The notes under the pieces are model-generated. The model was not told where the DNA came from and made no database searches. It saw nothing but the letters and a program-made list of their open reading frames with translations. The translations under genes were made by a program, and so were the position numbers. Below, piece by piece: positions 18,013 to 27,319 of a DNA stretch of 32,000 nt (the first letter of the stretch is position 1; every line of letters starts with the position of its first letter). Where the stretch lies: assembly GCF_000025125.1 (NCBI RefSeq), contig NC_013771.1, positions 1,140,001-1,172,000 on the forward strand, written 5' to 3'. The stretch comes from Candidatus Atelocyanobacterium thalassa isolate ALOHA. Lineage in GTDB: Bacteria > Cyanobacteriota > Cyanobacteriia > Cyanobacteriales > Microcystaceae.

Positions 18013-21000
18013 ATGCATAGAATAGCTTCAAATTCTGGAAATTGGGATACGGGGAAAAATGAAGTCGTTCTTATAGAGCAAAATCAAGCTCCGATTGTAT
18101 TTTTAACAGCAGCAGACACAGATATTCAAAGCCTAGCAAATTCTTTGCATCTTTTACCTGATAATTTTCAAAAAATACGTGCTCTAAATATTTTGCATTT
18201 AAAGCAACAGGTAAGTATTGATTATTACTCAGACAAAGTATTGTCTAAATCTAAAGTTATCATTTTACGCTTACTAGGAGGAAATTCATATTGGAATTAT
18301 GGATTAGAAGTTGTTAAAAATATTGCTGAATTAAACAACATAAGCCTTTTTGTCCTACCAGGAGACGATATTTCCGATACTATCTTAATGAGTCATTCAA
18401 CAGTTCCATTGTATCAGTGCAATAAATTGTGGAACTACATAAGCGAAGGAGGACAAAAGAACTGGCTAAATGCGCTAAAGTATATTTCTAATAATTGTTT
18501 CAAAACTAAATATAACACTGAAGAGCCGGAGATAGTACCAAATTTTGGAATTTATCGAAATAATGATTGGGTTGATAATGTAAATCAAAAAAATGTTGTC
18601 ATACTCTTTTATCGTTCACATTATCTTTCGGGTAATTTATTACCAATAGATTCCTTATGTGAAAGTTTATTAAGTAAAAAATTAGTCCCTTTACCAATAT
18701 TCGTTACTTCTCTAAAAGATATTAATATTCAAATTGAATTAATCGATTATCTACAGAATATAAAGAACAATTCTTATGAATTATTAATTAACACTACCAG
18801 TTTCTCAATTGCAAAAATTGATAATGATCATAAATTTATTAATAATTTATGGGAGAAATTAGATTGTCCAGTTTTGCAAGTAATCTTTAGTAGCTCAACA
18901 TTACAACAATGGAATGAAAGTTCTCAAGGTCTAACTCCTAGAGATGTAGCTATGAATATTGCTTTACCAGAGATCGATGGGAAAATTATAACTCGTGCGA
19001 TTTCTTTCAAATCCGTTAAAGTGTGGAATAAAGATTTAGAGACAAATGTTGTTATTTATTCACCTATCAAAGATAGAGTTGATTTTGTCGTTGATTTAAC
19101 TAGTAATTATATTAATCTCAAAAATACCCCTGTCTCTGAAAGGAAGATTGCCATAATTTTAGCTAACTACCCCAACAAGAATGGTAGGATTGCAAACGGT
19201 GTTGGATTAGATACCCCAGCAAGTTGTATAGAAATTCTTAAGGCATTAGAAAAAGAAGGTTATAGCATTAAGGATATACCTACATCAGGCGATGAGCTAA
19301 TAAGATATTTAACAAAAGGTGTAACAAATGATCCTGAAAGTAAGGAACTACGAGTAGTTTATCAGTCAGTTTCTTATACAGAATATAAACAATATTTTCA
19401 AACTTTACCTTCAAAAATTAAAAACGAAATTGAAGAGCGCTGGCAACATATCTTTAATAATGTAGATATATCATTCCCAATTTCTGGTATTCAATTAAAA
19501 AATATTTTCATAGGTATTCAACCGTCTAGAGGCTACGATTTAGATCCTAGCCTAAATTATCATGCTCCTGACTTAGAGCCAACACCTCATTATTTAGCAT
19601 ATTATTATTGGTTGAAAAATAAGTTCAAAGCTTCAGCAATTATTAATATAGGAAAACATGGTAATTTAGAGTGGTTACCAGGGAAAAGCCTTGCATTGTC
19701 ATCAACTTGCTATCCTGAAGTTGCACTAGGCAGTATTCCTAATTTCTATCCTTTTATTGTTAACGATCCAGGCGAAGGAGCACAAGCTAAGCGCCGTTCA
19801 CATGCAACTATCATAGATCATCTTACTCCTCCTTTGACTCGTGCAGAGTTATATGATGATTTAGAACAATTAGAGATTCTTATTGATGAATATTATGAAG
19901 CACAAGCTTTAGATCCTAAACGTCTAAAAATAATTACTAATAGTATTAAAAAACTAATTGTCACAACCAAAATTAATAATGATTTAGGCGTAGAAAAAGT
20001 TGATTCTGATTCTTTATCTACATTTCTAAGGTTGGCGGATGGATATTTATGTGAACTTAAAGAAGCACAAATTAGAGATGGGTTACATGTATTCGGGAAG
20101 TGCCCTCAAAATGTTCAATTAAGAGATTTGATTTTGGCAATTGCTCGCTCACCTGGATTTAATAGAATTGGTTTAACTACAGCACTAGCTAAAGATATAA
20201 AATTAACTTTTAATCCTCTGACAGCAAACCTTGGCGATTCTTTCTCTGATTCTATTTTTTCTACTTTTATACCTCAAAATCTTCTTTTGCAACTTCAGAA
20301 ATCATCCTCTATTGGTGATGTCGTAGAAGTCTTAGAAAAGTATTCGCAAAATTTAATTGAAAATCTAATTAATGGTACTGAAATTACGGAAATTATTTAC
20401 TTCCAAAATACTTGTAAAGAAGTTAATTGGATACAAAAATTTTTAATTCCAAAATTATATGAAACTGATCAAGAAGTTAGTAACTTACTTAAAGGATTAG
20501 ATGGTAAATATGTTCCTAGTGGAGCATCAGGTACTCTAACTAGAGGGAAAGTAGAAGTCCTTCCTACAGGTAGAAATTTTTACTCAGTTGATATTCGTGC
20601 TATTCCTACTCAAACAGCTTGGGCTGTAGGGAAAAAAGCAGCAGAAATTCTTGTTGAAAAATATACTCAAGACAATGGAGAATATCCAAAGACTTTAGCG
20701 ATATCAATTTGGGGAACTTCAACGATGAGAACAGGTGGTGATGACATAGCCCAGGTTTTTGCTTTATTAGGAGTAAAACCTATTTGGGACAGATCTAGAG
20801 TAATAGATTATGAAATTATTCCTTTATCGGTATTAGGGAGACCTCGTGTTGATGTAACAGTAAGAATATCAGGCTTTTTTAGAGATAGTTTTCCTAACTT
20901 AATATTATTATTATCAAATATAATTGAGGATTTATCAAAACTAGAAGAAGAAAAAGATGCTAATCCTTTAGCTATGCAAGTTAAAGAAGAAAAGTTATTT

Positions 21001-21765
21001 TGGAAAGAAAAAGGTTTAACTGATCAACAAGCACATTTAAAATCTTGTTATAGAATATTTGGTTCAAAGCCTGGAGCGTATGGAGCCGGTTTACAGGGTC
21101 TGATTGAAGCTCAAAACTGGCAAGATGATAACGATTTAGCTAGAGCTTATATCAATTGGAGTTGTTATGCTTATGATAAAAGTGGAAAAGCAGACAAAGT
21201 TCCTGAAATATTTGAAAAAAGATTAAAACAGTTGCAAATTGTTCTACATAATCAAGATAATCGAGAACATGATTTGCTAGACTCTGACGACTACTACCAA
21301 TTTCAAGGAGGTTTGACTGTCGCTATTAGAAGTATAACTGGCAAAAATCCTCAAACTTACTTTGGAGACAATTCTATAATTGATAATCCTAAAGTAAAAT
21401 TACTTAAAGAAGAGATATCTAAAGTATATCGTTCTCGTGTTGTTAATCCTAAGTGGATCAAGGGCATTATGAGACACGGTTATAAAGGTGGTTTTGAAAT
21501 GGCAGCTACAGTTGATTATTTATTTGCTTATGATGCAACGGCAAATTGCGTAGAAGATTTTATGTATGAAGGAATAGCTCAGAAATATATTTTTGATCAA
21601 GATGTAAGGCAATTTATAGAAGAAAAAAATCCTTGGGCTTTAAGAGATATTTCAGAAAGGCTTCTGGAAGCTAACCAGAGAGGCTTATGGGCAGATGTAA
21701 ATGAAAAAATGCTTGACGAATTAAGAGAAGTTATTCATGAAGCAGAAAGAATAATAGAAGAATAG
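18013..21765 (+). CDS. cobN: Cobaltochelatase large subunit CobN (CobN/Mg-chelatase H family)
   Basis: 1250 aa, with family blocks such as IGKHGNLEWLPGK and IIDHLTPP. ATG preceded by GAGGA (18002-18006). Confidence 0.9.
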   Translation: MHRIASNSGNWDTGKNEVVLIEQNQAPIVFLTAADTDIQSLANSLHLLPDNFQKIRALNILHLKQQVSIDYYSDKVLSKSKVIILRLLGGNSYWNYGLEVVKNIAELNNISLFVLPGDDISDTILMSHSTVPLYQCNKLWNYISEGGQKNWLNALKYISNNCFKTKYNTEEPEIVPNFGIYRNNDWVDNVNQKNVVILFYRSHYLSGNLLPIDSLCESLLSKKLVPLPIFVTSLKDINIQIELIDYLQNIKNNSYELLINTTSFSIAKIDNDHKFINNLWEKLDCPVLQVIFSSSTLQQWNESSQGLTPRDVAMNIALPEIDGKIITRAISFKSVKVWNKDLETNVVIYSPIKDRVDFVVDLTSNYINLKNTPVSERKIAIILANYPNKNGRIANGVGLDTPASCIEILKALEKEGYSIKDIPTSGDELIRYLTKGVTNDPESKELRVVYQSVSYTEYKQYFQTLPSKIKNEIEERWQHIFNNVDISFPISGIQLKNIFIGIQPSRGYDLDPSLNYHAPDLEPTPHYLAYYYWLKNKFKASAIINIGKHGNLEWLPGKSLALSSTCYPEVALGSIPNFYPFIVNDPGEGAQAKRRSHATIIDHLTPPLTRAELYDDLEQLEILIDEYYEAQALDPKRLKIITNSIKKLIVTTKINNDLGVEKVDSDSLSTFLRLADGYLCELKEAQIRDGLHVFGKCPQNVQLRDLILAIARSPGFNRIGLTTALAKDIKLTFNPLTANLGDSFSDSIFSTFIPQNLLLQLQKSSSIGDVVEVLEKYSQNLIENLINGTEITEIIYFQNTCKEVNWIQKFLIPKLYETDQEVSNLLKGLDGKYVPSGASGTLTRGKVEVLPTGRNFYSVDIRAIPTQTAWAVGKKAAEILVEKYTQDNGEYPKTLAISIWGTSTMRTGGDDIAQVFALLGVKPIWDRSRVIDYEIIPLSVLGRPRVDVTVRISGFFRDSFPNLILLLSNIIEDLSKLEEEKDANPLAMQVKEEKLFWKEKGLTDQQAHLKSCYRIFGSKPGAYGAGLQGLIEAQNWQDDNDLARAYINWSCYAYDKSGKADKVPEIFEKRLKQLQIVLHNQDNREHDLLDSDDYYQFQGGLTVAIRSITGKNPQTYFGDNSIIDNPKVKLLKEEISKVYRSRVVNPKWIKGIMRHGYKGGFEMAATVDYLFAYDATANCVEDFMYEGIAQKYIFDQDVRQFIEEKNPWALRDISERLLEANQRGLWADVNEKMLDELREVIHEAERIIEE

Positions 21766-21889
21766 TTGGTATAATTTTCTATTATGTTCGTATGTATAAT
21801 TTTACTTTAAAGAAAATTTTTAAATTTGCATCGAATTAAGTATTTTAATGATACCATTTAGTAGTCCATAACGAAGGGTGATTATAATT

Positions 21890-22372
21890 ATGAACCTATT
21901 AAAAACAATAGCTACCCAAGTTAAAAATTGGTTTCCTGCTCCTACTGTCCATGCTCATTGCGATGGACCCTGTGGTGTATACGACCCAGCTTCAGCTAGA
22001 ATTGCAGCCGAAGCAGTAGTATCAATGACAAAAAAAATTTTAGATTTACAGCCTCCAACTTCAAATAATATCGAAGCAGTAGCTGCCTATCAAAATACTC
22101 TATCTAGATATATTGCAATCAAAGAAGAACAGGCACACATAGCAAAAAAAGAACTTTTAGTTCTTTGGACAGACTATTTCAAACCTGTACATCTTGAGCA
22201 ATATCCTGACTTACATACTAAATTTTGGAATGCAGCAAAACTTTGTTCTGCTTGCAAAGTAGAAGTAAACTCAGATAACACAGAAAAATTAATGTCTGCA
22301 ATAGAAGATATTCAAAGTATTTTCTGGCAAACAAAAGGGAGAACTGATGTTTCTTGGTATAGAGCTAATTAA
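21890..22372 (+). CDS. sodN: Nickel superoxide dismutase precursor
   Basis: Ni-hook HCDGPCGVYDP, with the His codon at 21956-21958, preceded by a leader ending ...PTVHA. I prefer the ATG at 21890 (GAAGGG upstream) to the GTG at 21878. Confidence 0.93.
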   Translation: MNLLKTIATQVKNWFPAPTVHAHCDGPCGVYDPASARIAAEAVVSMTKKILDLQPPTSNNIEAVAAYQNTLSRYIAIKEEQAHIAKKELLVLWTDYFKPVHLEQYPDLHTKFWNAAKLCSACKVEVNSDNTEKLMSAIEDIQSIFWQTKGRTDVSWYRAN

Positions 22373-22396
22373 GTTAGTTTTTAAATTTTATTCTAC

Positions 22397-22747
22397 ATGT
22401 CTTGTATACGAAACAGTAACATAATAGATCTTGTACTTTGGCTACTAGGAAAACGACAACGCTTTAGAGTTGAAGGATTGTCAATGCTTCCTTGCCTCAA
22501 TCCAGGAGATGAATTACTAATTTGTAAACAAACTAGTAATTTCCTGGCTCCTTCTATTACAGACATTGTTGTAGTATCACATCCACATTGCGCAGACTTA
22601 TTATTAATTAAAAGAGTAATTTCTATTAATAAAGATGGATCTTGTTTTGTTAGAGGAGATAATCTTCTACATAGTACGGATAGCCGCTCATTTGGATGGA
22701 TAGAACCTGAGTTGATTCTCGGTTATGTTACTAGTCGATTTCTTTAA
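22397..22747 (+). CDS. sodX: Ni-SOD maturation protease SodX (S26 signal-peptidase-like)
   Basis: 116 aa with GLSMLP (Ser nucleophile box), IKRV (Lys box) and GDNLLHSTDSRSFG. It starts 25 nt downstream of sodN. Confidence 0.88.
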   Translation: MSCIRNSNIIDLVLWLLGKRQRFRVEGLSMLPCLNPGDELLICKQTSNFLAPSITDIVVVSHPHCADLLLIKRVISINKDGSCFVRGDNLLHSTDSRSFGWIEPELILGYVTSRFL

Positions 22748-22864
22748 TTCTAAAATAGAAGTACCTTAAAAATTGACTTTTAATTTTTATGAATGAAAAT
22801 TATTAATGTTGTATTAGATCTATATAACATTACATTTTTCTAAGTTTAAAATTTATAGTATTAT

Positions 22865-22900
22865 GGGCTGGTAATTAATTCCTAGCCCTCTTTTTATTTA
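22865..22900 (+). terminator. Putative intrinsic terminator downstream of sodN-sodX
   Basis: The stem GGGCTGG / CCTAGCCC (22865-22871 with 22882-22888) has 7 pairs including one G:U. The loop is about 10 nt and is followed by TCTTTTTATTTA. It is one of the few G/C-rich hairpins in any spacer here. Confidence 0.45.
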
Positions 22901-22988
22901 TAAATAATAGAAATGAACTTTACTATATTTTTTTAAACATACAAAATGTCAATAATCAAATAACATATGTTTTGGAAAATTTATAACT

Positions 22989-23843
22989 ATGAAGTTAAAA
23001 GAAATTGAAACCATAACTCGTTCAATAGCTTGGGGTGCATCTAAAATTTTACATTCCTATTATTGTGGAAAAAATAGATTTGAAACTATTGAGTCTTCTA
23101 AAGGCAATCCTGTAACTACTGCTGATATTAAATCTAATGCTTATATCTTGAAAAACTTACAAGCATTTTTTCCACAAGATACTTTCGGTTATCTTAGTGA
23201 AGAGAATTATAAAAATAATAATTGTATAAAAAAAGATTGGGTATGGATTATTGATCCTTTAGATGGTACTAAAGAGTTTATTAATCAAACAGGAGAATAT
23301 GCTTTACATATTGCTTTAGCATACAAAGGGCGCCCCTATGTAGGTGTGGTGGCTATCCCTGAAGCTCAAACAATTTATTTTGCGACAAAGGGATATGGAA
23401 CATTTGTTGAAAAACTTAATCATAAGATTACTCAAATTAAAGTATCAAATAAAAATACAATTAAAAATCCGTCTTTAGTAGTAAGTCGTTCTCATAGAAA
23501 TAATCGATTTCAGTCACTTATAAATTCTTTTTCAACAAAAGACATAATATACATGGGTGGTTTAGGTAAAAAAATTACAACTATCCTGGAGAAAAAAGCA
23601 GATGTTTATCTCTCTATATCTGGTAAATCTGCACCTAAAGACTGGGATTTTGCAGCTCCAGACTTAATTCTTACTGAGGCAGGAGGAAAATTTACTTATT
23701 TTAATGGTGACACCCCAATCTATAACCGTGGAGATGTATCTCAATGGGGTAATTTTATAGCTAGCAATGGAAGTTCTCATCAAGCTTTATGTGAAAAATT
23801 CATGAATATCTTAAATCATGTTGATAAGAAAGCTATTCTATAA
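22989..23843 (+). CDS. cysQ: 3'(2'),5'-bisphosphate nucleotidase CysQ-like / inositol monophosphatase family protein
   Basis: WIIDPLDGTKEFI metal-binding motif (the same DPLDGTKEF core as CysQ), an upstream LSEE acidic site and a C-terminal WDFAAP block; 284 aa. Confidence 0.7.
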   Translation: MKLKEIETITRSIAWGASKILHSYYCGKNRFETIESSKGNPVTTADIKSNAYILKNLQAFFPQDTFGYLSEENYKNNNCIKKDWVWIIDPLDGTKEFINQTGEYALHIALAYKGRPYVGVVAIPEAQTIYFATKGYGTFVEKLNHKITQIKVSNKNTIKNPSLVVSRSHRNNRFQSLINSFSTKDIIYMGGLGKKITTILEKKADVYLSISGKSAPKDWDFAAPDLILTEAGGKFTYFNGDTPIYNRGDVSQWGNFIASNGSSHQALCEKFMNILNHVDKKAIL

Positions 23844-24011
23844 ATCACATGTTTAAGATGAATTATGTAAAAACTTAACATAGTTCATAAGATAGTAACT
23901 ATTAATATTAATTTGGTAAATGCAAAACTTTTAAGTAATGACGATAATATAAGATGTATGTTGAGTTATTTAATATTTTCGATTCACATATAAGTAGATA
24001 AAGTATAGTTA

Positions 24012-24995
24012 CTATGTGGATATTGAATTTTTTATATAAATTAAAGTTATTCCTAATATTAACCAACATAAACTACACATGCGTTTTAATGTCAGGGCTT
24101 TTTCTATCGTATTAAATGTAATTGATTCGATAGGTTCTCCTAGTAAAGGTTTGTCTTTAACTACGTCACCATAGATATTTTTCCCTCCCAATTGAACTTT
24201 TAATATAGCAGCATAGACACTCTCGCTCCATCCTGAGTTTGGACTTATATCCTTAGTTCCATCACGATTACAGACTGAAAAAACATAATAAGGCCTTCCT
24301 GCTAGTATTGCTAAAGTCAGAACTCCAAGACGACACGGGATCCAAGTTAAAATATCCTCTAAATTTGCACTAAACCATCCAATATCAGCAAAAGGTTCTT
24401 TTTTATAACCAATAGTAGAGTCAAGAGTACTAGAAGCTTTGTAGGCAAGAGCGAAAGCCAGGCTATTGGTATGAGGTAGTAAAGCGCCAATTATTGCATA
24501 AAATAAAGGTGCCATTACTCCATCTATGGAGTTTTCTGAAATAGTTTCTAATACAGTACGCCAAATATTTTTCTGGGAAAGATGAGTAGTACTTCTACCT
24601 ACATATTGACTAAGTTTTATTCTAGCAAGATTAATTTTTTTTCTATTCAAGGGGATAAAAACATCGTAAGCTGCCAATCTTAAGCTTCTTCCAGCAAAAC
24701 AACTAGCCAAAAAAATACTTTCTATGACAACTCCTATTAGAGGAGAAAAATGATATTTAATCAAACCAATCATCCAACCGAAAACCCCGCTACCAACAAC
24801 TAACAGCAAACCCAAGACAATCCCTGTACAACGGCGCATAAATCTTTTTTTAAACGATTTAAGAAGAAAATTAGAGCATTTAACAATTAACCATCCCATA
24901 ACTTGTACAGGATGCAAATATTTAGATGGATCACTAACTAAGTAATCAATTAAGCTGGCTACGATCAAAATAATTATGGAAAAATCAGTATTCAA
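24012..24995 (-). CDS. cbiB: Adenosylcobinamide-phosphate synthase CbiB/CobD
   Basis: Membrane protein with the N-terminus ...SLIDYLVSDPSKYLHPV typical of CobD/CbiB; 327 aa. No in-frame ATG lies upstream of that motif, so the start is probably the TTG at complement 24993-24995. Confidence 0.85.
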   Translation of the reverse strand: MNTDFSIIILIVASLIDYLVSDPSKYLHPVQVMGWLIVKCSNFLLKSFKKRFMRRCTGIVLGLLLVVGSGVFGWMIGLIKYHFSPLIGVVIESIFLASCFAGRSLRLAAYDVFIPLNRKKINLARIKLSQYVGRSTTHLSQKNIWRTVLETISENSIDGVMAPLFYAIIGALLPHTNSLAFALAYKASSTLDSTIGYKKEPFADIGWFSANLEDILTWIPCRLGVLTLAILAGRPYYVFSVCNRDGTKDISPNSGWSESVYAAILKVQLGGKNIYGDVVKDKPLLGEPIESITFNTIEKALTLKRMCSLCWLILGITLIYIKNSIST

Positions 24996-25864
24996 AATGA
25001 TGTCTTATTCTTTAGTTGATTATTATTAATAATACCAATAATTTTTTTATACTTTTGATAATGTTCATGGTGATTAAATAATTAAGATTATTTATTATTT
25101 AAAAATTATATAAAAAATTAAAAAACAACAAATAGCATAAAAACTACTATGAATCTTCTTTGGACATAGAGGGTATTTATTATTTTTATTGATAGATTTA
25201 AAATCTTCTCTAATTTTCTATTAATATAAATAATAATTTTCAAAAAACAAAAAACTCATAATTAGTACAACATTAATTTGGGTTTAGTTAAAAAAAAATC
25301 AATGTTTTTTCTAAAGAATAGAGGATTTGATTTCTTATTAAGAAAATCCTCAGGATTATACTTAACGGTTATGTGATAAATAACTATCAATATAAGTCTT
25401 GTTATGAAGAAATGTTGGAATAATTAATGAAAGTATTCCTTCTTTATCTTTAAAAAATTACTTTTAAGGGTAGGTATTATTTGATACTGTGATTTTATAA
25501 TACAGTTATATAAACAATAAATCTAAATATAGTATATGGCTAACAATACGACAATTACAGCATGTTAGTTAGATTATTTCTTTGTTTTTCTAAAAATAGA
25601 ATTACTGATTTTTATTCACCTTATAATACTTTCATTTAGAAGAGAACGAACAAAGATAAACATTTATAAATTTATTAATATTAATAATAAAACATTAAGG
25701 GTAATAGATTATTAATCTTCTGAAATATGTGGATAAAATCTACAAATTATGTGTAAGATAATTGTATAGATAGTTAGTAATTTTAAGTTTTTTGATCGTT
25801 ATTACTAACTTAATCAACTATTATTCTGTAAACCTAATTAATTAAATAATTACCTTCTAAATTA

Positions 25865-26254
25865 ATGAAACAAATTAAACCCTTAACCGGCATAGATCTA
25901 CTTCAAAAAGTTGGAGAGTTAAGTAAAGAAGCTAAATTTAGTAAAGAAGAAAAAGCAAAAGCTTGCGGTTATTATACTAAAACAAAAAATGGAGTAGAGC
26001 GCGTTAATATGATGAAGTTTCTTAATGCTTTAATTGATGCTGAAGGTATTGAACTTGATAGTAGTTCTGAAGGCCAAGGAAGAGGTGGACGTTCAGCTAG
26101 CTATAAAATTAGTGTTCAATCCAACGGTAATCTTCTTATTGGTTCAGCATATACAAAAAAAATGGGATTAGAATCTGGAGATGAGTTTGAAATTACCTTA
26201 GGGCGTAAACATATTCATCTAAAACAAGTTGGAATAATGGATGAGAGTGAATAG
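25865..26254 (+). CDS. Cyanobacterial AbrB-family transcriptional regulator (cyAbrB; AbrB/SpoVT fold at the C-terminus)
   Basis: N-terminus KPLTGIDLLQKVGEL...ACGYYTKTKNG.ERVN and C-terminus NGNLLIGSAYTKKMGLESGDEFEITLGRKHIHLKQV match my recollection of the Sll0359/Sll0822 family layout; 129 aa. Confidence 0.8.
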   Translation: MKQIKPLTGIDLLQKVGELSKEAKFSKEEKAKACGYYTKTKNGVERVNMMKFLNALIDAEGIELDSSSEGQGRGGRSASYKISVQSNGNLLIGSAYTKKMGLESGDEFEITLGRKHIHLKQVGIMDESE

Positions 26255-26296
26255 CGTTTATATACAACTCTTTTGTTATTAGATAATTTTATTTAA

Positions 26297-26329
26297 TAGC
26301 GTTACTCGGATAAAAGCTGAGCAACGCTA
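26297..26329 (+). terminator. G/C-containing hairpin 43 nt downstream of the cyAbrB stop (possible terminator or stability element, no U-tract)
   Basis: TAGCGTTACTCGG - ATAAAAG - CTGAGCAACGCTA gives 13 stem positions with one A/C mismatch and one G:U. No T-run follows on either strand, so the assignment is weak. Confidence 0.3.
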
Positions 26330-26761
26330 ATAGAAAAACATTAATATAAAATAAATATTTTTATCAAATTTAGAACTATGTTCATAAATAGTTTTGAATT
26401 CAGTTGTTTTATGAACTTAAACTGAAAGATCAATAATAATACCATCTATAAAAAATCATTTATTTTCTTGTAAATAATGTTTAATTTTTGAAAGTTCTAA
26501 AATCAAACAAAGAAAAACTCTTTAACAATTTAACAAAACTATAAGTTTATTAAGTCATCTATAGTTTTTTAAATAATTATTAACATGCTTGCGTCTAATT
26601 TGTATTTAATATGTTATTTCTATATTGCTTCAAAATAGAAATTAATATTTCCATAGGTTAACTAAATATTTGCTTAATATAAAGTTAGGCTATAAAAGAA
26701 ATTATAGTAAATATTGTTTATATATTAGAATAAATTTTATCTATTCAAATAAGCCCGGAAA

Positions 26762-27283
26762 TTACATTATATGTAAAGTTACTCCATTTTTCTTTAAAAT
26801 AGTGATAACAATAGATAATATTAAACATCCTAAAATAGTAAATCCTAAAACTAAGACAGCAAAAATTTCTCCTCCAGATAAAGAACGATCATAAGGATCT
26901 AAGTATGCTGAAGAATATTGATGTTTCTTTATATCCAAAGAACTTTTAATTGGGTTTTGTATAGTATTTAAATAAATGTAACCAATTTTTACATCATGAA
27001 ATAGTCTTTTTTGAGGATTACTTAATATTTGATAAGATTCATTGAGGCGTTGAAATTCTAACTTTGCTAAAGAAGGAGATAAAACCGTAGTATCAGGGTG
27101 ATATAGTTTACTCAATTCCCTATATATCTTACGAATTTCCGATATTGAAGTAGATGGATGAACTCCCAAAACAGCATAATAACTATTAGGAAAAAGATTT
27201 TGAAGAGATTCATAGCTAAGCACTGAATGCTTCACATCTTGTTGACTAATGTTAGTCTTGTTACAATTATTCTTTGTATGCAT
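26762..27283 (-). CDS. J-domain (DnaJ-like) protein with a C-terminal transmembrane anchor
   Basis: J-domain YYAVLGVHPSTSISEIRKIYRELSKLYHPDT with the HPD tripeptide, and a C-terminal hydrophobic helix IFAVLVLGFTILGCLILSIVITIL. There is no Zn-finger or C-terminal DnaJ client domain; 173 aa. Confidence 0.8.
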   Translation of the reverse strand: MHTKNNCNKTNISQQDVKHSVLSYESLQNLFPNSYYAVLGVHPSTSISEIRKIYRELSKLYHPDTTVLSPSLAKLEFQRLNESYQILSNPQKRLFHDVKIGYIYLNTIQNPIKSSLDIKKHQYSSAYLDPYDRSLSGGEIFAVLVLGFTILGCLILSIVITILKKNGVTLHIM

Positions 27284-27319
27284 ATCATACTGAATTTACT
27301 AGAAGGTCTTTAAATTATT

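Noticed and set aside
24996-25864. Possible cobalamin riboswitch in front of cbiB (and in the 17915-18012 spacer in front of cobN)
   Set aside because: I scanned both spacers for the G/C-rich B12-box core and for multi-stem G/C helices and found none. Both regions are almost pure A/T.
26670-26894. 74-aa plus-strand ORF overlapping the 3' end of the J-protein gene
   Set aside because: It starts at a non-ATG codon and overlaps the better-supported J-domain gene. The opposite strand encodes a clean TM helix.
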